A DNA stretch of 64,000 nt from Carcharhinus amblyrhynchos (GCA_965287045.1 OZ336896.1:38378001-38442000), one strand, 5' to 3'; shown: positions 11,693-23,536, numbered from the stretch's first letter. Program-made: numbers and translations. Notes: generated from the sequence alone by a model not told the origin.

Positions 11693-14498
11693 CAAGCTAT
11701 AGCTTCCTTTCACGCAGCGACTGTTTCACATTGTATCTGAATTCAGCACGGAGCCCGGTCCTTGGGCCTTTTGGGGGGCTAATTTGGAGTATTTTTCAAA
11801 ACCAAGCTCTCAGTTGTGATTTAAGACATATTTACGTGGACGTCTTACGGTGCTCTATAATTTAAGGTGTATGACGACTTCCCCTATTGTTGTCCCATTA
11901 ACTAGGATGCTTATTTTCTGTATATTTAACACATTTCGGACAATCAAATTCCCCTTCGCTTGTTTAGCTCTGTAAGGACTTGCGATCTGCAGGTACTGCG
12001 TGTCGGGACTATGGGGAGTGAAATCTTAGGATATTACTCTCCAAGCCTCTGTGCTTCTCCGAAACATGGTGGCAACCGGCGACTGGAGCACGCCTGACTT
12101 TTCTGACTCTGTTCTATATTTACCAAAGCACCATTAGAAATAGAACCATTCATTTATATTGCTGTAAAATTCTAGCTTTATTAGCACGCTTAAACTCCGT
12201 TGCAATCTACAGCTTCCTTCAGTCCATTCGTAGCACCCGGCTGAAGGCGGGTCTTTTTTTTAGAATTTATTATGTTTACATAGGTAAATAAAACTTTGAA
12301 ACGCTTTCTCTCTGTTGCAATGGGTGGAAAGGGATTTCTCTATGCGGCTTTGAAAGCAAAGCTTGCAATTTCACTATGCATTTTATCTTCTAATTGTAGC
12401 CAATTAGAAACTCTGAACCTGCTTTAAAGAACAAAGATAATATCCGACAACCGGCTGTACCAACCCCGCGAAGTGCAAATAAGCAGAAACGTAAACTCCT
12501 GCATTATAAATTCCGATTTTATGTTTTAAAGAATGTCGAAGCAGGTAGCCCGTGTCGACTGAATCTCATTTTGTAACAGACCTATTCGATTTTTCCAGAA
12601 TTTTGTATTAATTTGAATGTATTGCTTGATTTTTAAATACATTTCCAACCTTTTACTTTATATTTTATACCAAATAAATTATATATAATCCTACGCAAAC
12701 GCGAGAGCGTAATAAAGATCCCATGAAGCAAAAATCGATCTTGCCAACATATTTTAATTCCGTCTTTCACAAATGGAGATGTTTAATATATTTTCAAGGC
12801 CAAATCGTCGATAGTTCACATTCCGCTGTTATAAACTGTAAAAAGCATTAGCGTCGTTATAAATGTTAAATCACATTTAGCATGGCGAGAGGTATTGCAC
12901 GCGATACAGACAAGCAAGCATTTGAATTGTGTTGCTTGCACTTATTCGAATAATTTTGCTTCACGTATCTTTAATCAATGTCAGATACCAAAACTGATAT
13001 TTCAAAATAACTAGCTTTTAGAGAGAGAGAGAGAAACCGTGCAAGCCTTAGGAAGAACTGGCTGGTTCTTGCACATAATTCGCCGATTTTCTGATGCGCT
13101 CTTTCTAATTCTGCCAAGCGCTTCGGGTCATTTAAAAAGTGTCAAACTGGAATTGTACTTGAAGCACAAACTCGAAAGTGATGTGCGAGTCTGGAGCAGA
13201 AATGAGAACTCTGTATATTCGAGCAGCGTGGGGTTTGTGTCGGGGATGTCTCGCGGTTTGAGCTGCTCCGGGAGTCCTTGGGCATTTTTCACCCAAAAAA
13301 AATCTTTGTTGGTCGGCTGGCCCTCATACATCAAATTATAGAGCACCTTCCAAGACAGTACCTATTATCCTTTTTGTTTCTTGGTTAAGAGAGAGGTTCA
13401 AATTCTGGTCATGGAGAACACAATCCCCTGTATCTTTGCCGATCCATCATGAATAGTTAAAGCTGTGGCGGGGAAGAGGAAAAGGGCCCTAAAATATCGC
13501 CGCAAGGCCAAGCATGAGCCGTCCAAAAACATATCTAGTTTGCATGGGCATGGACAGAAAAAGAAGGAGCAAAAGCACTTACTCCCTCGCCTTCACTATG
13601 GCACAGTAACACACTTTAAGCAGACACGTTAAATACATTTGTGTCCAATTTCAGAAAACAATTGTCCCAAATGGTTAAGAGACTCTAAGCGCTGTGTATA
13701 TAGAATGGGCATTGTTTCTCAGCGCTATCTCATTTTATGGGTTTTTCTTCTGTGCTTTTATCCCATGTTATCAGTGCTGCCTCTTAACAGCAAAGGAGTG
13801 AAGAGATATAAATTTTAGATTGCCGCGTTAAACAAGAAATTATGATGGCTATAAAAGTATGTTTCGGATTAGAGTTTGAATACATCGCTACTGAAACATC
13901 CATAAGTTTCCTTCTATTTAAACCAGATGTTTTCAGGCGAAATCTCACCCCGCCATGAACGCTGTACATTTACAAATGTTGATATTTTGGCAGCTCCGTT
14001 TTATAACAATAGCTGTAAACCTAATTTTAAGCGGTAGGTCAGATTTTTAATCTAGAATATTGACAGCATGACAATTAATCAAGTAAGGGGCAATGAAATG
14101 AAATGTAACGATGTTTTGTGTGTATTTTAACTGAACTGGATGTGAAAGTTTATGTAACTCCCTGCTAAGATAGCCAATCCCAGTTTGTCTGAAGTTTTTT
14201 TCATAAATAATTATCATTTTTGGAACATTGCCTAAACCAAAAGAATTTAGCTGTGAGCTAATGTTGAATCTGATCTCGATTAAAATAGTTTTGCAGTTGG
14301 CCATGTGAATTTTTTAGTTTTCTTCCAGGGCTCAGTGCAAGAGTCCCCTCCTCTGCAGTCCAAAATAGCCTGGAATCAAGACCAGCCGTGGCATCTGCTG
14401 TGCTTGTGTGGTGAACGCTATTCATGTCATTTGCTTTTGAGTATGTAAGATGGATCCACACACGTTCCACTATTATTCTGTGGTTCTTCTAACCTTAG

Positions 14499-14614
14499 GT
14501 CAACTGCCAGGAGGCTATTGGAAGAAAACGTCACGTGAATCGGGGTGCCAATGTTATTCGATAAGGGTGCAAGGACCCTGACAGTTTGTGAAATAAATAT
14601 TGGGAAACTGCGAG
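14499..14614 (+). other. HoxB3 5' UTR portion of the first coding exon
   Basis: Acceptor ttcttctaaccttAG at 14497-14498. Contains GTCACGTGA and the Hox3-type leader block GACCCTGACAGTTTGTGAAATAAATATTGGGAAAC just before the ATG. Confidence 0.7.
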
Positions 14615-15029
14615 ATGCAAAAAACGACGTACTACGACAACTGTACTCTATTCGGTGGATACACATACCAGGGAGCAAATGGTTTCAGCTATGAAGTGGC
14701 GCAGGAACCCTATCCACCATCTTCTCACGTTGAAAGTGATTACCAGAGGTCGGCCTGTTCCCTTCAGCCAGCTGGCACTAGTGCTCCGCATCCCAAATCT
14801 AAAGACATCAATGGGAGCTGCATGCGTTCGAATCTCCCCGAGCACCGCCAACCTCCACCTGTCTCACCTCCCCAAAATCCTAGCAACAACTCGACACAAC
14901 CAGGCACCAGCAAGTCTCTGCCCAAGTCTTCCCACACCTCCACACCCAGCCTCACCAAGCAGATATTCCCATGGATGAAAGAGTCACGGCAAAACTCCAA
15001 GCAAAAAAATAACAACTGTCCCACCACAG
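14615..15029 (+). CDS. HOXB3: HoxB3 coding exon 1 (MQKTTYYDN... with hexapeptide IFPWMK)
   Basis: ATG at 14615 gives the Hox3-type N-terminus [16 protein letters not shown] and the hexapeptide [18 protein letters not shown] phase-1 donor ACAG|GTACAC at 15029/15030 joins in frame to exon 2. Confidence 0.95.
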
Positions 15030-15872
15030 GTACACTAACTTTCTTTTTGCAGTTTTAGGGATTCAAGCATCAAATGAAAAGGCTGCAAGATTATTTAAGT
15101 CAAAACATTAAAAACACTATTTTCAAATTTCTGCAGCATGTAAAGCCTTTGTCTATACATCGTTAACACTTTGTTGGCCCATTGTTAACATTAAAACATA
15201 TTGTTCCCCCACCCTCCCACCCACCCCCACGTCTTCCAAATTCTCAAAGTTATTATTTTGCTTTGAAACTGAAACATGTTCTACCATGTAATTCAATAAA
15301 TGTGTTACACTATGCCACTGCTCCTAAACAGCCCAGAATGCACAAAGGTCACGTACTGGTTGATTGTGAAACCAGAAAGTTGACATGACATCAAAAAGTG
15401 AAGTAATAAAACGCAGGTAATACAAAAATTGCTACAACCTTATAAATACTAATGCTGCTTCCACTAATATAATTACTAATAACAACAATATTAACCATAT
15501 CGGTGTAGCAGTTCTTGATTCTAAGCATGATCTTGGATGGGTCATAATTATATAATACGACTGGTTACGTTGCAAAACATCATTTGGCCTGTCCTCTTTA
15601 AGTGTATCACTTCAACTGTGGAATATATTGTTCTAAACATTGTGTCAATATGATTATGATTCAATTTTCTGAGCTCCAGGGATCCCACGTCATATTTCTG
15701 GTGTTGGGGGTATAGAACTTTTAATAACGTTTATTGTGAAATGATAGGCCTTGATGTGTTAAAGGGAGAGCCTCTGTTTTTCTTTCAAGACTTATTAAAT
15801 TTATGTGGAGAATTTTCTTGTTCAGATCGGTGCACTTTTAAGAGGTAATTATCTTTATTTTATTGCTCACAG

Positions 15873-16642
15873 CTGAAAATGTCAGCGGGGACAAAAGCCC
15901 GCCGGGTTCTGCCTCAAAGCGAGCGCGCACTGCCTATACCAGCGCGCAGCTGGTGGAACTGGAGAAAGAATTCCATTTTAACCGTTACCTTTGCAGACCT
16001 CGCCGAGTGGAGATGGCGAACCTGCTTAACCTCAGTGAACGACAGATCAAGATCTGGTTTCAGAATCGCCGAATGAAGTACAAAAAGGATCAAAAAACGA
16101 AAGGCATGGTGAGCTCTTCCGGAGGACAATCGCCCACGGGAAGCCCTCCGCTTTCCGTCCAGCCCCCCACCGGATTTGTAAACGCCATGCATCCGCTTGC
16201 TAACAACTCTGCCTATGACGCCCCATCACCGCCGCCTTTCAATAAACCTCATCAGAACGCTTATGCTATGACCACAAGTTACCAAAACCCAATGAAAGGT
16301 TGCCCATCTCAGCAACAGAAAAGATACCCTGGGACAGCTCCAGAATACGACCCCCATGTACTACAGGGAAATGGCAACTACGGGACACCAAACTTGCAGG
16401 GTAGCCCTGTGTATGTTGGCGGGAACTATGTGGATTCTATGTCCGCTTCGGGGCCTTCCCTCTTTGGCCTCAATCATCTTTCTCACCCTCCATCCACAAA
16501 CATGGACTACAATGGTGCTGCTCAGATGGCTCCCAGTCAGCACCATGGACCTTGTGACCCACATCCAACCTACACAGACCTTTCATCGCATCATCCTTCT
16601 CAGGGAAGAATTCAAGAAGCTCCCAAGCTGACCCATCTGTAG
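15873..16642 (+). CDS. HOXB3: HoxB3 coding exon 2 (homeodomain and PG3 C-terminal domain)
   Basis: Acceptor ...ttgctcacAG at 15871-15872. Homeodomain [58 protein letters not shown]; LNLSERQ is B3-type (A3/D3 have LNLTERQ). Ends with the PG3 tail [13 protein letters not shown]. Spliced ORF is 1185 nt = 394 aa. Confidence 0.96.
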
Positions 16643-17300
16643 CAGGCCTAAGCAGGGAGCTTTACTGAAGAGAATAATGAGTTATCCTTTCCTTTTCTCA
16701 TGATACCTCTTTGGCCCATTCCCTTACTTGTGTCTTCTTGTTTCATGTATGTTGACTTGTATTAATATATTTTGTTCATATTGTCCCTTCACAGAACCAC
16801 CCTTCCTCTACAGAGTATCCCTGCTCCACCCCACCACCCTAGCCCTCTCCTAACTCCCAGATCCCTCCACCCCTCCTCCTCCTCCTGCCCCCACCCCCCC
16901 ATTACAATCTTTAGGGTTCTTTGAAATTGGTAATGCACAATCCTAAAGGTTGTACAGGTACATTTCCTTTTTGGACTTAACGTGAAACAGGGTAAATTAA
17001 CAAATCTTCTGTCCTTTGAAAAAAGCAAAAGTGAAGACATTTTGGGTATTTGCTAATGCTGAATTTCCTTTGGACACCTGTATTGCACTTATTGTTTACA
17101 TTTCAATGGGTGAAAAAGCTCATAAGAGGCAAACAACTCCAACTCGGCCTTGAAGGAATCTTAAAAATGAGTAGCTGGTGCGTCTTTCAATATGTGTCTA
17201 TTCTGGTGAACATTCAGATATATTTATTGATTAATGCCAGGAAAATATTTCTTCTTTTTTTGTATTATTTATCCCCAACAATACGTATTTATATAAAAAA

Positions 17301-17587
17301 AATAAAAATCTGTACTTTTTAGTATTTACCTGTCGAAGCAGTTGTATTCACGTCACTGTAAACAAGTTTATTTTAGTTAATGTAAACTAGAACAAAAATG
17401 TAGCTTTCTGTTACCATTGTACCTACAAATAATGTAGTTATATTGAAGGCATGGGAACAGAATTGGACAGTAATTGTATAGTCATGATTTAGAAAAATAT
17501 AGCAAATTCTCCTTTTCTGACACTACTTGCCTTCTTCGTAGTTATTTTCCTTGCTAAGAGTTGTCTGTCAAACAATTCTGGAATAAA
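17301..17587 (+). terminator. Candidate HoxB3 polyadenylation signals
   Basis: AATAAA at 17301-17306 and at 17582-17587. The second is followed by a GT-rich tract (gatttttgttgtatggttt). Confidence 0.55.
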
Positions 17588-19964
17588 TCTCCTGTTAACA
17601 GATTTTTGTTGTATGGTTTATGTATCAATGATCATAACATGGAAATATAACATATATATGCAACCATTAAAAATATTTAAGAGGCTGTACATTAGCCATT
17701 ATCTCTGAAATAGGCAACTGTGATGGCCAAGCTATTCAAATCATGCATTTTAAGCTCTCTTTGCATTACTCCTACACAGACAAACACGCTTACACACATT
17801 GGTACCAGTAGGAAAATTTAACTCGTTTATAGGTCGTTGCCTAATCATTCCACTGCTTTTATATGTCTCGTCTATTCTAATATCAGAATGGGGGAGGGGA
17901 TTTGTGCGGAGGACAGTGCTCACATAATGCCTCTTACAAAACTAAAGAATGAAGCACTTCTCCAGCTTGTAAATATCTTTATTACCAAACAAGGTCCAGA
18001 GACTTACACAAACATTCAGGAATTAAGGGGTAAAAAGTTTCCATCCAGTGTAAGGAGACACCACGTGCTGTCTGGGCAAAGCAGTCATTGGATCTGCAAT
18101 AGAAACAAAGACCAAAGCATGAGCAGTCTGCCAAAGTACACAGACATTTCCAGCCCATTCCATTCAAAATGAAAGATGTTTTCCTCGGTCTGGCAATCAA
18201 TTCATTTTATAAAGTGATGTTATGAGATCAGGATGTGTATGAGAATGAATTTTACTCTCAAGGTTTCTATAAAATCTGAAGCATGGGAAAATAGTATTAA
18301 CAGCCATGAAAACCTAATTTGATTTCCCAATTATTCAGTTGTTGATACAAAATTGCAGAATGTAAATATCTGAGAAGCTTACTGCTCTAACAAAACTTTT
18401 ATTATGCTTTTTAAAATTAGATTTATTGGATTTTCGTGCTCTAAAACAGTATGAAGCTGGCCGTTTATAGTAACCACTTTAAACATAGCCATAACCACAC
18501 ATTGGTTTAACTCTAATAATGGTTTTACCCTATCTGCGACCTAGGGAAAGCTAAACACGGCGATTCTGGTTATCTAATCATATAACATAGCATTTATTTC
18601 TAACAGTGACTAAAAGATAATCTTACCCCCCACAAACCAATTATATTGACTCATTCTTTAAGCTTTCTGTACACTAATTGTTTGAACAGCAAAAATTACA
18701 TTTAGTACTTTCCATTCGTAGGCAAGTAAAATTAATTGCTGAATATAAAGTATTAAATTGCTTTATTTTATATGTTACTTATTTCTCAAGGCAAGAGTTC
18801 ATCGATATGTTCTTATTGCTGTAACATTAGAACAAAACCAAACACGAGTTAAAGCGGGCATTAGTTATAATTTTTAATATCCAATGTATTGATAATCATA
18901 TTTAGTGCTTCTTTAACTAATGTTCTCCATTTTAAATCGCAATCCTGGTGATTTTACCACCATGTTTGCTTTTTTTTGCGAAACTTTGATTTTTTAAAGA
19001 AGTTATTTTATGTTCTTGTAGTACCAACATGAAAAGCAAAGCTCTCCCTGTCAGTTCCTAATCATATGCATAGTGATATGGATCATTTAAAAGCCACAGA
19101 TCTGTGTGAAAGTTTTCCTGAGATCATATAACAATTCTCCAGGGTTTTCCAAATACAATTTCGCAGCTGATGTCAACCATCGCTAAAACGATTCGGCGCC
19201 ATATTGTTCGATTTTCGACCTCTCGCTGCCCAGAGAGAAGAAAAACAGCTTCCAGCAAAAAAGGCCCGAACACATTTTGCTTTCGATGGCGGTCCGCAGA
19301 AATGCTTCAATCATTTAGCATTTTTCAGATCGCAGCTAAAAAACAGTATTTTACCATCAAAAAAGCAATTTTATTTTTGGCACTATTGGTGTTACTTAAT
19401 TAATTACATTGCTTTTATATTCCCCGCTACTTAATGTATTGAAGACTTGTCTGCAGCGCCAAGAATCTTATTTCACTGTTTATATTGGATCCGTTTAAAT
19501 ATGTGTACAGGGAGAGACTGAGTACAAAACAACACCAAAAAATGGAAAATATTTAACTTTATCTCTTCTTAACTCGTAAATCTTTTCTATATTTTCAAAG
19601 ATCAAAGAGTTTCACAGCTAAAAATAAGCGTCGTTTTAAGATACGCGCACAATGAAAATAATTCCGCAGCTACCAATTCAAAACAAAACCACACGCCATG
19701 TTACATACAGCATTTTCTCACGTCACATTTTAACCAATTATTCCTCGGTCAATGCTCCCGCTGCAACCCTCACACTCAATGAATCACAGTGTGGTGCAGC
19801 AAAAATTGCTGCTAATTTTACTGGCCGGATCAGACGTATTTTAAAATTAATTAAAGATCCTAATGTTGGGATCATTTTCTTGCAGTGTTAAGGATAGATT
19901 TCTTCTGTTCTGAATGGTTTCAGTATCTCAGCGGCAAGTAAAGGGGCCCGCACTTAAATACTTG

Positions 19965-19990
19965 CACCCACACATGTTTGGCAAACAAAG
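19965..19990 (-). promoter_or_regulatory. Krox20 (Egr2) site plus Sox site, Hox2 r3/r5 enhancer-like
   Basis: CACCCACAC (reverse complement GTGTGGGTG) at 19965-19973 with ACAAAG at 19985-19990, about 1.4 kb upstream of the HoxB2 ATG. This is the arrangement known from Hoxa2/Hoxb2 hindbrain enhancers. Confidence 0.65.
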
Positions 19991-20314
19991 GTTTCTAGGC
20001 CCCATCGCACGAATTCGTTTACACATCCTACACAGCGTTTTAACAGGAGGGATTGCATGCCAAACCAAGGCAATGTTTTATATATTTCCCTTGAAAACAT
20101 GAAGGGGCTCCAATCTGACTATTCACTTGTAGCCTCACTCCGTTCTCATGAAGTCAGGGATTCATTATTATTATGTGTTTGCGGCTTTTGATTTAAAAAT
20201 AAATGCATTTCGTCACCCTGCTTTTAAAAAAATGGTAAGAAAGGAAGGCCAGCCTCACTTCCTGGCATTTGATATGGGGAAGCAAATTCTTCTGTGTTTG
20301 CTCCCAAGCCTTAG

Positions 20315-20347
20315 CTGTCAAGCCATTTTGTGGGGAAAGATTGATCG
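20315..20347 (+). promoter_or_regulatory. HoxB2 r4/neural crest Meis(Prep) + Pbx-Hox element
   Basis: CTGTCA at 20315-20320 and AGATTGATCG at 20338-20347. The latter matches the Hoxb1/Pbx site I recall from the mouse Hoxb2 r4 enhancer. Confidence 0.85.
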
Positions 20348-21218
20348 TGGCCGCTTTCAGTTCCTCCTTAAGTTCAGCGTTTTAAAAAGATTTTTATTGC
20401 AACTTTCAAGCTAGTGACTCTTTCAAATAACTTTTCTTAAAATAAATGTCTCCTTTTTACATTGTCATGAGTTTTTTCATGAAGCTGTAGATTTAAAATG
20501 AGTTTTCAATAAACTTGGGTAGTTTTAAACAAGTTTTTTTGGAATGATAGTAATTTAAAAACACCTCAAAAAGGAAATTCTGTCTATAATTAGATAGCGG
20601 GATAGATAAATGAATGGATAAATAGATAGCCAGAAAAGTGTTGCAGTAAAATTTTCCAGGATACATAAATAGGTTAAACTGGTTACTCAATAGTTTCTCA
20701 CTGTTTCAAGCCTACCTCAAATTAAAATCCAATACTTACCTGGTTTCAGAAACCTCTTCTCTGCTTTGACAAACTATAGTAATAACACTTATATCCATTC
20801 GATAATTGGAGAAAACACATTTTGTGAATTGTGTCCAATGATACAGGCATTTAAAGGGTTTGGAACTTTCCTACAGGCAAATTGCAACTGCCTGGCTGAT
20901 CTTGTGAAAGTTCTATTTTGTTACAGGCCCTCTTGTCAAAACTTTGAAGATTAATGAGGTACCTTGTTAATTACTCAAGCCGCCAGATTTTAGGTGCAAA
21001 TCTTCTTCACTTGAATTGCAAAATACTTTGATATAATAGACAGATTTAAAAAAAAATCAACATGCAGCTTTCTTCAAAATAACAAAAAGCATGAGAAGAA
21101 TTGGTAAAATCTGAAGGTAAATTTAGAATTCTAACAATAAAAATAAAGTCGAATTTTCCTTCACTTTTTTGGATCAATTGCAGAGATAATGATTTCTTTT
21201 CATAGACAACAAATTGCT

Positions 21219-21310
21219 ATTGGGCAACGCCAATCATGTGACAACGAATTTGGTCCAATTTCAATCTGGTCCTCAGTTTAATAGAGTCTGTCCCCATACG
21301 CCTTGTAATA
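21219..21310 (+). promoter_or_regulatory. HoxB2 proximal promoter with three CCAAT boxes
   Basis: ATTGG at 21219-21223, CCAAT at 21230-21234 and 21255-21259, CATGTGAC between them, then the Hox2-type leader block tttaatag...gtccccatacg. Confidence 0.65.
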
Positions 21311-21394
21311 TCAGAGATACAGAATTAAAGCCTGAAAATATTTTTTCTCGACCTGCAATATTCATAACTTTCTCCATTCGGGATTAAGAAAGCC

Positions 21395-21758
21395 ATGAAT
21401 TTCGAATTGGAGCGAGAGACTGGTTTTATTAACAGCCAGCCTTCGCTTGCCGAGTGCCTGACGTCCTTCCCTGCTGTCGCTGATACATTTCAAAGTTCAT
21501 CAATCAAGAACTCGACGCTTTCACACTCGACACTAATTCCTCCTCCTTTTGAGCAGACCATCCCGAGCCTGAATCCCAGCAGCAACCAGCCGCGGCCAAG
21601 TCGCGAAAAGCGGCCTCCAAATGGCTCATTCCCATCTGCTGCCGCGGCCGAGTTTCCATGGATGAAAGAGAAAAAGTCGTCGAAAAAAATCAACGAAACA
21701 CCTTTGTCATTGTCAGCTCCGGTCCCTAGCTCCTCTCGTACGGTGGAGTCTCCGACAG
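21395..21758 (+). CDS. HOXB2: HoxB2 coding exon 1
   Basis: PG2 N-terminus [26 protein letters not shown] and hexapeptide EFPWMKEKK. Phase-1 donor ACAG|GTCTGC at 21758/21759. Lies between HoxB3 and HoxB1. Confidence 0.93.
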
Positions 21759-22371
21759 GTCTGCCCAAAGCCGAGACTTCCTCTGCACGTTTATATTAAG
21801 CTATATATTTTTAGAGCAAAATACGTAATTTACAAAACTTTAGTGTGCAGCATCTATACCCATTACAGCATAGATGACAACGCCTTATAAAGCAGCGGGC
21901 TAATCTAGGATTTTATTGCTGTTTGATTTATGAAATGCATTTATAATTGCCTGATGGATCCAGTGCTTTAAAATGTTGATTTATTGTAATATTTTGTTTA
22001 ATGCTGTTTTAATATGCGATTTATGTTGTCAGAGTGTTTCAATATATTGTAGATTCTGGTATTTGCATTCTCGGCGGCCATGTTGAACAAACTCTTATAA
22101 ACTGCAACAACTCGAGGAAGGGCAAGATGCGTTTTGCTGGAAGAATTTCTTAATTTTAATGTTTTAATTAAAGGCAATGTTACTTATTGACCGGTTGCGA
22201 GAAAGTAACATTTACAAAGCTAATTTCAATTTTAATTTGTGAAAGGACGGTTTCTGGTCCAACAGAAACTACTGCAGCTTTTTTTTCAATGGGCATGTTA
22301 AACATTTACTTTCACTCCTCCTCACGGTCTTTCTCTCTTTCTCTTTCTCTCTTTCTACCCTTTATTGTTAG

Positions 22372-23087
22372 AAGGCCAGGGTGAACAAGATAACAGCAGC
22401 AGCTCTCGGAGGTTAAGGACAGCCTACACAAATACGCAGCTCTTGGAACTAGAGAAAGAGTTTCACTTCAACAAATATCTGTGCAGGCCCCGCAGAGTGG
22501 AGATCGCGGCCCTGCTCGAACTGACCGAGAGGCAAGTTAAAGTCTGGTTCCAAAATCGGCGCATGAAGCATAAGCGGCAGGCACAGTATAAAGAAAACCA
22601 AGACGGAGAGGTTAGTTACTCCAACAGCTCGCTTCCAGAAGACAAAGCCGAAGAGTCATCGCCTTATAGCCAACCTGTCGAAGCGTCAGGAACTTATTTA
22701 GAATATAAAAACTGCGCTGAACAAGCAAAAAAGCAAAACCAAAACACACTGAGCAAAGAACTCCAAAACCTGCAGGACCTGACTGTGTGCGGCAGCGATG
22801 GAAAAGCCAAGAGCCCCTTTTATCTGACTGCCAGTGTTGAAAACGGGTTTACAACAGGCCAGATGTGTAGCTCTGGTCTGGACACTCTCAACTCCGAGCA
22901 CCTGGATTTGGTCTCCTTGCCAGATTTAAACATGTTTTCTTCGGATTCCTATCTGCCGTTCTCCGATGGATTATCTCCCAGCTTGCAGGATTCCATCGAC
23001 AGTCCTGTGGATATCCCCGAGGACAGTTTTGATTTTTTCACCAGCGCTCTCTGCACAATAGACTTGCAGCACCTTAATTATCAGTAG
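22372..23087 (+). CDS. HOXB2: HoxB2 coding exon 2 (homeodomain)
   Basis: Long pyrimidine tract, then TAG ending at 22371 (alternative AAG ending at 22374). Homeodomain [58 protein letters not shown] and C-terminal DFF...TIDLQHLNY motif. Confidence 0.93.
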
Positions 23088-23536
23088 CGATTCGCAAGAC
23101 ATAAGGCCCGTGTAGAAATACAGCCATGTTTAAAATTATGCTCATTATTTCCTATTTTAAATTACAGTAATGTGGAATATTAAAGAAAGGTCTGTGTGAT
23201 ATAGGACTGATCTCACAGTAAATAATTTATCCTTCAGCCTTGACCTGGAGTCTACAAGAATTGCAGTCTTTATTGCACAGGTATTTCATTAAATACGATT
23301 TTATTCAGTTGCATTTTCCTAAATTCGTCAAGACGTAAAAAAAATGTAGATTCCTCTTGTTTACTATCTCAGGAAAACATATATCGGAATTGTATTTATA
23401 GTAAAGCTGTTTTATCCTATAGCTCCCAAAAGGACAACTGTGACGAGTTATTTTATGTTTTAGAGGTAGCCTATTTATTATAAATTCTGAAATAGTGAAC
23501 TTTAAATTATTTATTGTACATTATTTTCATAGTTTA

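Noticed and set aside
1-14500. HoxB4 or a miR-10 hairpin
   Set aside because: No PG4 homeobox and no TACCCTGTAGA mature sequence is seen; both are expected upstream of the window.
14600-15058. ORF-track extents of the Hox exons (14600, 15863, 22365, 31207 and 32520 starts; read-through past donors)
   Set aside because: They use non-ATG starts or run into introns. The true boundaries follow from splice sites and conserved N-termini.
20732-20760. U1 snRNA gene or pseudogene
   Set aside because: Identity to U1 stops after 12 nt; it is better read as a - strand donor site.
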